Assembly (NCBI GenBank): GCA_964371245.1
Contig: CAYJKP010000001.1
Coordinates: 443,042 to 507,041, forward strand
DNA: 64,000 nucleotides
Direction: 5' to 3'
From: an uncultured Gammaproteobacteria bacterium
GTDB lineage: Bacteria > Patescibacteriota > Patescibacteriia > JAHIZJ01
A program made the translations under genes and the position numbers. Position 1 is the stretch's first letter, and each line of letters begins with the position of its first letter. The notes beneath the pieces are model-generated. The model was not told where the DNA came from and searched no databases. It saw only the letters and a program-made list of their open reading frames with translations. Below are positions 8,969 to 18,819 of this stretch, one piece after another.

Positions 8969-11000
8969 ACTCGGCTATCATTGCGTGATCGCGCTCATAG
9001 CGGTAACGGCGTTTTTATTTGGTTTGCCAAAAAGCGTTGGCGCGCGGACGCTGGATAATACCTACCCGAGGCTGGCCAACATATTCTATACAACAAAGTT
9101 GACAATGGGCGAAGCGCAGAGCCTGGCGCGTTGGGACGCGATCATCCTAAGCATGGAGAACCAATACACAAACCCTGAGGCGATTCAACTGATGCGCCTG
9201 ATAAACCCTGATATCATCATATTAGCCTATGTGTCATCGCAAGAATTGCCAGACAGCATGTTTGCAATAACTGACAAGAACCATCCTGACTACAAACTGA
9301 CGCATGGTGTCTCAAGTAAATGGTTTTTGCGCGATGCCCAGGGCGGACAAGTAGTTTTTTGGCCGGGCACAAGAATGATGAATGTGACTAATTCGGCGGC
9401 GCGCGTTAACGGATTGCGCTGGAACACCTATCTGCCCGAGTTCGTGCATGAAAACGTCATGTCGACCGACTTATGGGATGGCATCTACTATGACAATATG
9501 TGGAATGATATTTCTTGGCTAAATAACGGCAATCTTGATCTCAACCGCGATGGCCAGAAAGAGAGCGCTGCTGCGCTCGACCGGGCCTGGCGCGATGGAA
9601 TGAGCGCCCTGCTTCGCTACTCGCGGCAATTAGAAGGCGACGAAAAAATAATTGTTGGGGGAGGTGGCGGTCAATATTTTGATTCGATCAACGGGCGGCT
9701 TTTCGAAGGATTTCCGACAAATCTCGATGGCGGCTGGGGCGGATCAATGGAAAAATATCTAGACGCTCAGGATCGAGCCCAGGCGCCGTCGGTAATAATT
9801 ATCAATAGCAGCACAACCACGGGCACGTCGGACGATTATCGACAGTTACGCTATTCCTTGGCGAGTGTATTGCTTGGAAACGGTTTTGCGAGCTTTGACT
9901 TCGGGATGTATCGGCACGCGGATCTCTGGTGGTATGACGAATATGATGTTTCGCTCGGACGGCCGAATGGCTCAGCCTACAATGTTCAAAATGCCTCCGC
10001 TCCGATTTCATCGGCGGGCGTCTGGCGCCGCGATTTCACGAACGGGGTAGTCTTGATAAATTCTACCAATAAGAGCCAGCGGGTGAATTTAGGCGCCGGT
10101 TATGAAAAAATAAAAGGCAAGCAAGCGCCGACGATCAACACTGGTGAAATCGTCAGTTCGGTAACGCTGCCGGCGCGCGACGGACTCATCGTCTACAAGC
10201 GCCAGTTTGAAATAGCCGAAGGTCAGTACACGAACGGGTGGCTGGCCGAAGCCTTCTCCGCCACCGGTCGGAAAGTCCGCCAAGGCTTTTTTACCTATAC
10301 GACCGAATATGCCGGCGGCGTGAATATTATTAAGACTGATTTAACAAACAACGGTACAATTGAGACAGTTGTTGCCTGGAATAATAAAGTTCAAGTTTAC
10401 AACCAGGCCGGCTTTTTGATTCGTGAGTTTTATCCCTACGGAGCTTCGTACAATCGCGGCATCAATCTGGCCGTTGGCGACTTGGATGGCGATAAGAAAA
10501 AGGAGATCGTAACCGGCACTGGTCCCGGCGGCGGTCCGCATGTCAGGATATTTAACGCCCGCGGCGGGTTAGTAAATGTTGGCTTTTTTGCCTACGACAA
10601 AAACTTCCGCGGCGGTGTCCATGTAGCCGTCGGCGATATGAATGGTGACGGCAAGGATGAGATAATCACCGGCGCAGGCTATGGCGGCGGTCCGCATGTC
10701 AGGGTCTTCAGCCGTTTTGGCCGTCCGTTGTCTGGCTTTTTTGCCTACGACAAAAACTTCCGCGGCGGAGTATCGGTCGCCTCGGATGATTTGAATAATG
10801 ATGGAAAAGATGAAATTATTACTGGGGCTGGCCCGGGCGGCGGCCCACATGTCCGAATATTTAATCAGTTTGGCAAAGCGGTGATGCTTGGTTTCTTTGC
10901 TTATAAAGAGAGCTGGCGGTCAGGAATCACGGTGACAACCGCTGATATCAATCGAGACAATAAGCCTGAAATAATAGTCTCGAGCCAAACGCTATATTAA
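8943..11000 (+). CDS. Secreted putative glycoside hydrolase (GHL15-like) with C-terminal FG-GAP repeats
   Basis: Signal/TM segment; WDGIYYDN and GVWRRDF..GVVL.N motifs; three DxxxDxKxEI.TG.G.GGGPHVR repeats plus flanking partial repeats. Start codon uncertain. Confidence 0.7.
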   Translation: MNRWLAKNRLGYHCVIALIAVTAFLFGLPKSVGARTLDNTYPRLANIFYTTKLTMGEAQSLARWDAIILSMENQYTNPEAIQLMRLINPDIIILAYVSSQELPDSMFAITDKNHPDYKLTHGVSSKWFLRDAQGGQVVFWPGTRMMNVTNSAARVNGLRWNTYLPEFVHENVMSTDLWDGIYYDNMWNDISWLNNGNLDLNRDGQKESAAALDRAWRDGMSALLRYSRQLEGDEKIIVGGGGGQYFDSINGRLFEGFPTNLDGGWGGSMEKYLDAQDRAQAPSVIIINSSTTTGTSDDYRQLRYSLASVLLGNGFASFDFGMYRHADLWWYDEYDVSLGRPNGSAYNVQNASAPISSAGVWRRDFTNGVVLINSTNKSQRVNLGAGYEKIKGKQAPTINTGEIVSSVTLPARDGLIVYKRQFEIAEGQYTNGWLAEAFSATGRKVRQGFFTYTTEYAGGVNIIKTDLTNNGTIETVVAWNNKVQVYNQAGFLIREFYPYGASYNRGINLAVGDLDGDKKKEIVTGTGPGGGPHVRIFNARGGLVNVGFFAYDKNFRGGVHVAVGDMNGDGKDEIITGAGYGGGPHVRVFSRFGRPLSGFFAYDKNFRGGVSVASDDLNNDGKDEIITGAGPGGGPHVRIFNQFGKAVMLGFFAYKESWRSGITVTTADINRDNKPEIIVSSQTLY
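10580..10768 (+). repeat. Exact 36-bp direct repeat inside the FG-GAP coding repeats (10580-10615 and 10733-10768)
   Basis: tggcttttttgcctacgacaaaaacttccgcggcgg occurs twice. ggcggcggtccgcatgtcagg also recurs at 10527 and 10683. Confidence 0.9.
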
Positions 11001-11001
11001 C

Positions 11002-12423
11002 ATGATGAAAGAAGAATTACACCAAAAGAAGCACTGGTTTCTCCGGGGATGGAAAAGCCTGTCGCTGGCCACGTTTAACATTGTGGCGCCACCGATTGCC
11101 GGTAAATACAATGGACGCTATGATCAGCGTCGCTGGCTTTTGTTTATTGACACGCTTTTTACGCTGATCTTGTTTTTTTTGATCGCGACCGTTCTCTATT
11201 TTCTGACGAGCAAGCAACTCCTGCCCGCGCCCGTGGTAGAAGCAACGTTGTCAACATCCGAAGTAGCGACAAACGGCGGGCGATCGGAAATAGATATTCG
11301 CTTGAGCAATAATGGCACCCTGAACGTCCGGAATATTGAGGTGCGCATGAATTTTCCGGCTGAGTTTGTCTACGAATCCGCCAGCCTTGAACCAAGCCAG
11401 TCCGACAGCCTAATTTGGGAGATACCAGAGCTTAGCGGCGGGCAAGTCAGCCACCTCGTAATAATCGGCCATATCATTGGTGTCCCGAATTCACAACCAA
11501 ATATCAAGGCGCTGGTCCAGTATCTGAGCGGCGATCAATTGATGAGCCAGTCGTTGACTAGGTCATTCACCATTTCGGGTGAGCTTCTATCACTTACGCT
11601 TACGGCGCCCGAAACAGTCCGGAGCGGCCAGGAATACTCATTAACAATACGCGCCGTGAATAATAGCGAACGCGAGTTTTCAAGCGCGTCGATTGAAATA
11701 AAATTGCCTAGAGAGTTTATCCAGACCAGCGTTACGAAACCATTTGAAAAAGGCAGTACGCGGTGGGCAATAAGCAACCTGAAGCCGCAGGCGGAATGGA
11801 GCGTGCGGATCAGCGGACATACAGCGACTGAAAGAGATCATGCAAGCGTGTTTGAAACAACCGCCGGCATACTCGACAACAACCTTGAATACCTGCAGGC
11901 CACCGCAAAAGGGACGGTGAGCATACTCGGCTCAAGCGGTACCACGAATACAAACACCGGAACAGAAACTGCCGCAACCATTTTGAAGTTTGTGGCTGAG
12001 GCGCACTATTACAGCGATTCCGGCGTGCAATTCGGATACGGTCCGCTACCGCCGACGGTCGGTCAAACAACCGGTTATCGCGTTTTTTGGAAGATAAGAA
12101 AGGGCGCGGAATCATACGAAAACCTCACGGTTGAAGCGAGCCTGCCAGAAACTGTGGCTTGGGCTGGAAATGGCAGCGTTTCTTTTGGGCAGCCGCTTAC
12201 ATATGATGAAGAATCGCGCAAAGTAAGCTGGCCCGTTGGCGAGCTAGCAGGAAATCAACCAGACATAACGGCGAGCTTTGAAGTTACGATTTCCCCGACG
12301 GTGAACGATATCGGAAAATTTCTGACACTTTGCAATGCGGTCAGTGTATTGGAGCACGCCGGAGCGACGGTAAAAAATATTTCTACCTATCCGTATATCA
12401 CGACCCAGGTTAGCGACAGTTAG
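11002..12423 (+). CDS. Membrane-anchored Ig-like (DUF11-like) repeat protein
   Basis: One N-terminal TM, then repeated beta-sandwich motifs (N.G......V...P..F...S...LIWEI..L) and a GPLPPTVGQTTGY..W segment. Confidence 0.65.
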   Translation: MMKEELHQKKHWFLRGWKSLSLATFNIVAPPIAGKYNGRYDQRRWLLFIDTLFTLILFFLIATVLYFLTSKQLLPAPVVEATLSTSEVATNGGRSEIDIRLSNNGTLNVRNIEVRMNFPAEFVYESASLEPSQSDSLIWEIPELSGGQVSHLVIIGHIIGVPNSQPNIKALVQYLSGDQLMSQSLTRSFTISGELLSLTLTAPETVRSGQEYSLTIRAVNNSEREFSSASIEIKLPREFIQTSVTKPFEKGSTRWAISNLKPQAEWSVRISGHTATERDHASVFETTAGILDNNLEYLQATAKGTVSILGSSGTTNTNTGTETAATILKFVAEAHYYSDSGVQFGYGPLPPTVGQTTGYRVFWKIRKGAESYENLTVEASLPETVAWAGNGSVSFGQPLTYDEESRKVSWPVGELAGNQPDITASFEVTISPTVNDIGKFLTLCNAVSVLEHAGATVKNISTYPYITTQVSDS

Positions 12424-12509
12424 GCCGCTGGCAGAGGGATAGTGCAAAAATAAAAACGTAACTGTGCCATCAGACAACGCTTGTTTTTTGGTATCGCCAG
12501 GTTAGCGCC

Positions 12510-12538
12510 TTGACACCAACGGCAGAGTTTGCTATGCT
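12510..12538 (+). promoter_or_regulatory. Sigma70-type promoter
   Basis: TTGACA-17-TATGCT with a TG extended -10. Confidence 0.65.
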
Positions 12539-12565
12539 ATCCCGTTATATATTTTTTCTACGCAT

Positions 12566-13696
12566 ATGACGATGAAAATCGCGATGATTGGCCAAAAAGG
12601 AATTCCAGCGCTTTTCGGCGGGGTTGAACGACACGTCGAAGAACTGTCTGTTCGATTGGCTAAACGCGGACATATTGTAACAGTATATACGCGACCGAAT
12701 CATACGAACCCAAACCGGAAAAACTACCATGGGGTGCGTTTAGTTTCCTTGCCCAGCCTTCCGACCAAGCATTTCGACGCGATCAGCCACACCTTTCTGG
12801 CGACCGTGCATGCGCTGTTCCAGGATTATGACATTATTCATTATCATAGCGGAGGACCGTCGCTCCTGTCGTTTTTGCCAAGAATCTTCCGTCCGGGCGT
12901 AAAGGTCGTCGCTACCTTTCATAGTATTGAGCGGAAACACCAAAAATGGGGTTTATTCGCGCGTTTCGTGCTCCGGCTGGGAGAATGGGCCTGTGTCACT
13001 TTTCCCCATCAAACTATCGCGATTTCGCGACCGTTGCAGGAATACTGCGAAAAGACGTATCATAAGAAAACCATCTATATACCGAATGGCGTTTCAAGCG
13101 AATTTACGCGATCGCAAAAAGCCAAGGTAATTACGAAACAATTCGGCTTGATCGCCGATCAATATATTCTGACAGTTGCTCGGCTGATTCCGCCAAAGGG
13201 CATTCATTATTTGATCGCCGCCTATAAACGCCTCAATACGAAAAAGCAATTAGTGATTGCCGGAGATTCCGCTTATACCGACAGCTATGTAAAAAAGCTG
13301 AAAGAACTGGCGGCCGGCGATCCGCGCATCATCTTTACTGGTTTTCAAAAAGGAAAAACCCTGGCTGAGTTGTATTCGAACGCCTACCTCTTTGTCTTTC
13401 CGTCGGAAATTGAGGGGCTGCCACTGGCTCTGCTTGAGGCGGCCGGCTTCGGCCGTTGCTCGTTGGCCAGTAATATCCCGGAAAATCTTGAAGTTCTGCG
13501 GGCCAATAATGAAGTAATCGGCTACGTCTTTAAAAACAAGAATGTAAAGGATCTACAGACAAAGCTGGCCGAACTATTAAAACGTCCGGAAGAAACAAAG
13601 AAAGTCGGCCAGCGCGCTCGGAAAGTCGTCCTTCAGCATTTCAACTGGCAGTCAATCGCCCGCGAAACAGAAAAACTGTACAGCGTTTCGCAATAA
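12566..13696 (+). CDS. Glycosyltransferase family 4
   Basis: Motifs KIAMIGQKGIP...GGVE, YIPNGV, VARLIPPKG, EGLPLALLEA. Confidence 0.92.
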   Translation: MTMKIAMIGQKGIPALFGGVERHVEELSVRLAKRGHIVTVYTRPNHTNPNRKNYHGVRLVSLPSLPTKHFDAISHTFLATVHALFQDYDIIHYHSGGPSLLSFLPRIFRPGVKVVATFHSIERKHQKWGLFARFVLRLGEWACVTFPHQTIAISRPLQEYCEKTYHKKTIYIPNGVSSEFTRSQKAKVITKQFGLIADQYILTVARLIPPKGIHYLIAAYKRLNTKKQLVIAGDSAYTDSYVKKLKELAAGDPRIIFTGFQKGKTLAELYSNAYLFVFPSEIEGLPLALLEAAGFGRCSLASNIPENLEVLRANNEVIGYVFKNKNVKDLQTKLAELLKRPEETKKVGQRARKVVLQHFNWQSIARETEKLYSVSQ

Positions 13697-13708
13697 TATA
13701 TACGATAG

Positions 13709-13750
13709 AAAATAAAACAGCCCCAGTCTAAAAGGGGTTGTTTTATTTTT
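13709..13750. terminator. Bidirectional intrinsic terminator
   Basis: AAAATAAAACAGCCCC-loop-GGGGTTGTTTTATTTT between convergent genes. Confidence 0.8.
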
Positions 13751-13789
13751 CTAATTTATGAATCGCTGCCAGGGCGGTGCTCGACGTCC

Positions 13790-14545
13790 TTATTTTACAT
13801 ATTTCTGACAATGGGCGATGAGGTATTTCGACTTATTGTCGCCGAGTTCAAAGATAACGTCTGCAGGTCCGGTCCGGACGATCCAGGATATTAATTTCAG
13901 TCGGATCCGTTCCGGCACCCAGCGAAAAAACTTCTTGATTGAAGAAAGTACAGGTTTATTATCTCGGTTCGGTTGGCCGAGATAGCGACCCTGGCCATAC
14001 CATAATGTGATCGTGAAGTATTTCGATAAAAGATCGGCGAATTCTTTTTTGGACAACTCGCGGACGTGAAAAGGATTTTTATATTCACTGGGGTTGATCA
14101 TAAAAAGCGGTATCACTTCACGGTCCGGCGTTGACATGAAAAGTGTGCCATTGTTTTTCAAAACTCGTCGTATTTCTTTCAGAAACGCATTTTGATCAGA
14201 TAGGTGTTCAATGGTTTCAAATGAGACAACCGCATCAAAGCATTGATCAGGAAACGGCAATGCCAAGGCGTCGCCGACTATGTATTTGAGGTTCGGCGAG
14301 TGATAGTGCTGATTTGCAAATTGAATGGACGCCGACGATATATCCAGCCCGATAACACTTTTTGCCAGCCGCGAAAGAGCGTGACTTCCATAACCGGTGC
14401 CGCACGCTACATCTAAGACGTCGCAACCCTTCAAGTGCGGTTTAACGAATGCGTAGCGGGCTTTGTGTTCCCGAAAGATATTATTACTCGGCCCCCAGGG
14501 AGGCGCGAAGATACGTTCGTCGGCATTGTCTCGTGATTGTTTCAT
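13790..14545 (-). CDS. Class I SAM-dependent methyltransferase
   Basis: Motifs EHKARY, VLDVACGTGYG, DALALPF, FETIEHL, STP. Confidence 0.9.
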   Translation of the reverse strand: MKQSRDNADERIFAPPWGPSNNIFREHKARYAFVKPHLKGCDVLDVACGTGYGSHALSRLAKSVIGLDISSASIQFANQHYHSPNLKYIVGDALALPFPDQCFDAVVSFETIEHLSDQNAFLKEIRRVLKNNGTLFMSTPDREVIPLFMINPSEYKNPFHVRELSKKEFADLLSKYFTITLWYGQGRYLGQPNRDNKPVLSSIKKFFRWVPERIRLKLISWIVRTGPADVIFELGDNKSKYLIAHCQKYVK

Positions 14546-14670
14546 TGTAGCTGGTCAGTTTATTGTGATTTACAACTTATAGCGCGCTATTATGACAGGT
14601 CGCGCCTGCAAACAGAATATCATAATTTAAGCAGGCTTGTAAATCAAGGGTGGAAGCGAGGATTCGGAAA

Positions 14671-14712
14671 TTAGCACTCTCACTTGACAAGTGCTAAATT
14701 CCCTTTTACACT
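14671..14712 (+). promoter_or_regulatory. CIRCE (HrcA operator) overlapping the -35 of the clpB promoter
   Basis: TTAGCACTC-N9-AAGTGCTAA, one mismatch to TTAGCACTC-N9-GAGTGCTAA. Promoter TTGACA(14684)-17-TACACT(14707). Confidence 0.88.
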
Positions 14713-14739
14713 GATTTTATAAGTATTATCGATATACCA

Positions 14740-17373
14740 ATGAATCCAAATAATTTCACTCTTCGTGCCCAAGAGGCGATCCAACGCGCCGAGCGAATCG
14801 CCTCTGAAAAAAAGCAGCAGCAAATCGACACGTATCATTTGCTAGCCGCTTTAATTACCCAAGCCGACGGGGTAGTGCCCTCGATCCTTCAGAAAATAGG
14901 CATTGAGCCGGCAAAGCTAGAAACGAATGTGTTTGGCGAGATTGAAAAGATGCCAAACGTCGAATTGCCGACCGGCGGCATTGCTCAAATATTCATTACA
15001 AAAAATCTGAAGGACGTCCTTGACCAGTCGATCAAAGAAGCGGAAAAGTTAAAAGATGAATACATCAGTACTGAGCACATGTTTTTAGCAATGCTGGAAG
15101 CAGATAAACGTGTGAAACAACTACTTAATGCACACGGCATAACAACCGAGTCAGTATTGAAGGTTTTGAAAGACGTCCGGGGAACACAGCGCATTACCGA
15201 TCAGGAACCGGAAAGTAAATATCAAGCGCTCGAAAAATATGGAACGAATTTAACGCAATTCGCCAGAGCAAAAAAACTTGATCCGGTGATCGGACGCGAT
15301 GACGAGGTGCGTCGCGTTATGCAGGTATTGTCCCGTCGGACAAAGAATAATCCCGTTTTGATCGGTGAGCCAGGTACGGGTAAAACCGCCATCGTTGAGG
15401 GACTGGCGCAACGAATCGTCGCCGGTGACGTGCCCGAGGGCTTAAAGAAAAAAGAAGTCGTTGCGCTCGACATGGGTTCTTTAGTGGCCGGCTCGAAATT
15501 TCGGGGTGAGTTTGAAGATCGTTTAAAAGCGGTACTCAAAGAAGTGAAAGTCTCTGAGGGGCAAATAGTGCTTTTTCTCGACGAGCTTCATACGATTGTC
15601 GGCGCGGGTGGTGCCGAGGGAGCAATTGATGCAGCCAATATGCTGAAGCCGATGCTGGCCCGAGGCGAGCTTCATGCAATCGGCGCGACAACCTTAAAAG
15701 AGTACCAGAAATACATTGAACGAGACGCCGCCCTAGAACGTCGCTTTCAGCCAATCTACGTGACTGAACCGTCGCTTGAAGATACGATCGCGATCCTTCG
15801 CGGGATCAAAGAAAAATACGAGGTTCATCACGGCGTGCGGATAACGGACCCAGCCATCGTCGCGGCGGCTGAATTGTCACAGCGCTATATCACGGACCGC
15901 TTTTTGCCGGATAAAGCTGTTGATCTCATTGATGAGGCAACCTCAGCGCTCCGCTTGGAAATCGATTCAATGCCCTCTGAGCTTGATAAGATGAAACGCC
16001 GGCTTCGCCAGCTCGAAATTGAAAAGCGCGTCCTACAAAAGGAAAGCGACGCTCAGTCAAAAGGGCAGCTTCAACAATTAAAAAAGCAAATTGCCGTGTT
16101 GCAGGAAGAAGCGGGCATATTGGAAATTAAATGGAAAACAGAAAAAGATATCATCGTTGATATTCGAAAAGGGAAGTCAGAAATAGAGTCACTGCGATCA
16201 GAAGCAGAAGTTGCCGAGCGGAAATCAGAGCTCGAACGCGTGGCCGAAATACGTTATGGCAAGATTCCGTTGCTTGAAAAAAAGATCAAGCGCAATCAAG
16301 AAAAATTACAAAAGATACAGAAAGACAGCCCGATTCTGAAAGAGGAAGTCACGGAAGAAGATATTGCCGGTGTTGTTTCGCGCTGGACGGGTATTCCGGT
16401 GTCAAAAATGCTCGAAAGCGAGATTGAAAAACTGGCTCACATGGAAGACGCCTTGAAAAAACGCGTCATCGGACAAGAAGAATCAATTATCGCAGTCTCG
16501 AACGCAGTCCGGCGGTCGCGTGCCGGCATTTCGGAAGAAAATCGGCCGATCGGGTCATTTATCTTTCTTGGTCCGACCGGGGTCGGGAAAACGGAATTGG
16601 CCCGCGCCATCGCCGAATTTATGTTCAACGATGAAAACGCGATGATTCGCTTAGACATGTCGGAATATATGGAACGGCACGCCGCCTCAAAAATGATCGG
16701 TTCGCCGCCAGGATATGTTGGCTATGATGAAGGGGGTCAATTAACGGAGCTCGTCAGACGACGCCCATATTCGGTCATCCTCTTTGATGAGATTGAAAAG
16801 GCGCACCCCGACGTCTTTAATATGCTCTTGCAGATTCTTGACGATGGACGACTGACGGACGCGAAGGGGCGGGTGGTGAACTTCAAAAACACAATTATTG
16901 TCATGACGTCGAACATCGGTTCTGACGTGATCCTTGATTTATCAACGAAAGGCGATCTCGGTTTTGAAGTAGCATCTCAAAAACACAAGAGTTTAGACGA
17001 TTTGATAAAAGAAAAAGTCATGGTCTTGCTGCGCAACCACTTCAAGCCGGAATTCCTCAATCGTGTTGATGAAATCATAACCTTCCACAGTCTCGACAAA
17101 AAACACCTTATGAGCATTGTTGAGCTTCAGTTACGGCGCACCGTCCTTCGTCTAAAAGAGAAAAGCATCTCGTTGTCGATTACGGAAAGGGCGAAAAAAC
17201 TATTGATAGAAAAGGGCTATGATCCGCAATTCGGAGCACGGCCGCTGAAACGTGTCATCCAGCAACAAATATTAGATCCATTGGCAATGGATATGATCAG
17301 CGGACGCGTGAAAACCGGAGAAAAAATAACGATTGATGTTCAGGGATCAAAAATCATCGTGAAATCACAGTAA
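14740..17373 (+). CDS. clpB: ATP-dependent disaggregase ClpB
   Basis: Clp N-domain, two AAA+ modules ([16 protein letters not shown]), coiled-coil middle domain, GARPLKR. Confidence 0.97.
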   Translation: MNPNNFTLRAQEAIQRAERIASEKKQQQIDTYHLLAALITQADGVVPSILQKIGIEPAKLETNVFGEIEKMPNVELPTGGIAQIFITKNLKDVLDQSIKEAEKLKDEYISTEHMFLAMLEADKRVKQLLNAHGITTESVLKVLKDVRGTQRITDQEPESKYQALEKYGTNLTQFARAKKLDPVIGRDDEVRRVMQVLSRRTKNNPVLIGEPGTGKTAIVEGLAQRIVAGDVPEGLKKKEVVALDMGSLVAGSKFRGEFEDRLKAVLKEVKVSEGQIVLFLDELHTIVGAGGAEGAIDAANMLKPMLARGELHAIGATTLKEYQKYIERDAALERRFQPIYVTEPSLEDTIAILRGIKEKYEVHHGVRITDPAIVAAAELSQRYITDRFLPDKAVDLIDEATSALRLEIDSMPSELDKMKRRLRQLEIEKRVLQKESDAQSKGQLQQLKKQIAVLQEEAGILEIKWKTEKDIIVDIRKGKSEIESLRSEAEVAERKSELERVAEIRYGKIPLLEKKIKRNQEKLQKIQKDSPILKEEVTEEDIAGVVSRWTGIPVSKMLESEIEKLAHMEDALKKRVIGQEESIIAVSNAVRRSRAGISEENRPIGSFIFLGPTGVGKTELARAIAEFMFNDENAMIRLDMSEYMERHAASKMIGSPPGYVGYDEGGQLTELVRRRPYSVILFDEIEKAHPDVFNMLLQILDDGRLTDAKGRVVNFKNTIIVMTSNIGSDVILDLSTKGDLGFEVASQKHKSLDDLIKEKVMVLLRNHFKPEFLNRVDEIITFHSLDKKHLMSIVELQLRRTVLRLKEKSISLSITERAKKLLIEKGYDPQFGARPLKRVIQQQILDPLAMDMISGRVKTGEKITIDVQGSKIIVKSQ

Positions 17374-17418
17374 AGCAGAGGCTTGCGCTGACGTTTGCGT
17401 CTTTGGTACAATACAACT

Positions 17419-17883
17419 ATGAATTATTACGAAGCGAAACCATTCTATCGTGGTATTCTGGCGGTCTTTTTTAGCGTCATGACGATTCTCCTGGTGATCG
17501 CATTCTGGATAACATTGTTAAATCATGGCCAGCTGGCCTGGTTTCGGATCCTTTTAATTGTTGAGTGGCTGGCCGTTTTCCTAATCACTCATGCATTTTG
17601 GAAATTCAGCGTTATTATTCGAGATGGCTATTTGTATTTTGGTTTCGGTCTATTTAGGAAAAAAATAAATATCAAAGAAATTGCCGAAATCGATAAGGTT
17701 TCAATCACATCCAAGCGATTTTTTAATTACGGTTTTTTTCGGCAGCCAAGAAAAAATCTGACCGTTTACGCCGCCTTCAATGGTTCAGGTCTGCGCATCG
17801 GCATGAAAAATAGCCGCGAAATATATGTTTTTTCAACGCAATCGCCTCAGCATGTATCTGAAATACTGCGGGGTAATAAATAA
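17419..17883 (+). CDS. Hypothetical 2-TM membrane protein (possible bacterial PH-like domain)
   Basis: Two hydrophobic helices then a basic beta-rich tail. Extended -10 TGGTACAAT ends 6 nt before the ATG, suggesting a leaderless mRNA. Confidence 0.65.
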   Translation: MNYYEAKPFYRGILAVFFSVMTILLVIAFWITLLNHGQLAWFRILLIVEWLAVFLITHAFWKFSVIIRDGYLYFGFGLFRKKINIKEIAEIDKVSITSKRFFNYGFFRQPRKNLTVYAAFNGSGLRIGMKNSREIYVFSTQSPQHVSEILRGNK

Positions 17884-17910
17884 TAATGCTGAGAAAAGGA
17901 GGTGAAGAGA

Positions 17911-18042
17911 ATGCTTCGATTAAATGACGACGACGACCAAAGCATGAATGAAGAGGAAGAGAAAGAACAAAAGGACGAAGAAACGGAAACGGACAAAGAT
18001 GAAGATTCTGAAGATACGGATGCCGATGAAGAAACAATATAA
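17911..18042 (+). CDS. 43-aa highly acidic microprotein (not in the ORF track)
   Basis: SD AAAGGAGGTGA 5 nt upstream. Sequence MLRLNDDDDQSMNEEEEKEQKDEETETDKDEDSEDTDADEETI. Terminator immediately downstream. Confidence 0.7.
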   Translation: MLRLNDDDDQSMNEEEEKEQKDEETETDKDEDSEDTDADEETI

Positions 18043-18053
18043 TTGAGATAATG

Positions 18054-18091
18054 AAATACGCTGGAAAATAAGGTTTTCCGGCGTATTTATT
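18054..18091 (+). terminator. Intrinsic terminator-like hairpin
   Basis: AAATACGCTGGAAAA-TAAGG-TTTTCCGGCGTATTT, a 15-bp stem. Confidence 0.75.
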
Positions 18092-18132
18092 GATTAAAAT
18101 GCTGGTTTCTGCTACAATACGTCCATTATTCT

Positions 18133-18819
18133 ATGCCGCTGATCACACTCCAAAACATTAATAAGACATTTTCACCTGATTTGCCAAATCCGGTTACAGC
18201 CCTGAAAGGGGTTCATTTTACGATTGAGCGGGGAGAGTTTATCTCGATCATGGGTCCGTCAGGCTCGGGTAAGAGTACGCTCCTGAATATCTTGGGTTTG
18301 CTCGATGTGCCCGATTCCGGAAGTTATGTTTTGAATAACGTTGATATCAGTAAGGTACCGAAAAACCAATTGCCATTCTTACGCCGAAAAGAAATTGGTT
18401 TTGTTTTTCAAACGTTTAACCTGCTCTCAAGACTGACGGTCGCTCAAAATATACAATTACCCCTTGTTTATAGTCGCTGCCCGAGAAAAAAACAAATTGA
18501 TCGAGTAAACGAGATGCTCAAAACTGTAAAGTTAGAAAATAGAAAAAACTATAAACCAGCACTGCTGTCTGGTGGTGAGAAGCAGCGCGTTGCCATTGCT
18601 CGGGCGTTGGTGAATGACCCCTCGATAATATTAGCCGATGAACCGACGGGTAATCTCGACAGTAAATCGGGTAAAGATATTATGGCGGCCCTGCAATGGC
18701 TAAATCAGCAGGGACGGACAATAATTGTCGTTACCCATGACTCAAATATTGACGCATATGCCCAGCGACATTTTCGTATGTCGGACGGCGAATTAACGGA
18801 AATTACCACAAATAAATGA
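18133..18819 (+). CDS. ABC transporter ATP-binding protein (LolD/MacB-type)
   Basis: Motifs [36 protein letters not shown]. Promoter TTGATT-17-TACAAT upstream. Confidence 0.95.
   Translation: MPLITLQNINKTFSPDLPNPVTALKGVHFTIERGEFISIMGPSGSGKSTLLNILGLLDVPDSGSYVLNNVDISKVPKNQLPFLRRKEIGFVFQTFNLLSRLTVAQNIQLPLVYSRCPRKKQIDRVNEMLKTVKLENRKNYKPALLSGGEKQRVAIARALVNDPSIILADEPTGNLDSKSGKDIMAALQWLNQQGRTIIVVTHDSNIDAYAQRHFRMSDGELTEITTNK

Noticed and set aside
10520-10860. 36-bp and 21-bp direct repeats as a possible CRISPR array
   Set aside because: Only two exact copies, ~153-156 bp period, in frame within FG-GAP protein repeats, and no cas genes.
17777-18037. 86-aa minus-strand ORF
   Set aside because: Antisense to the SD-led acidic micro-ORF and the 3' end of the upstream gene; no independent support.
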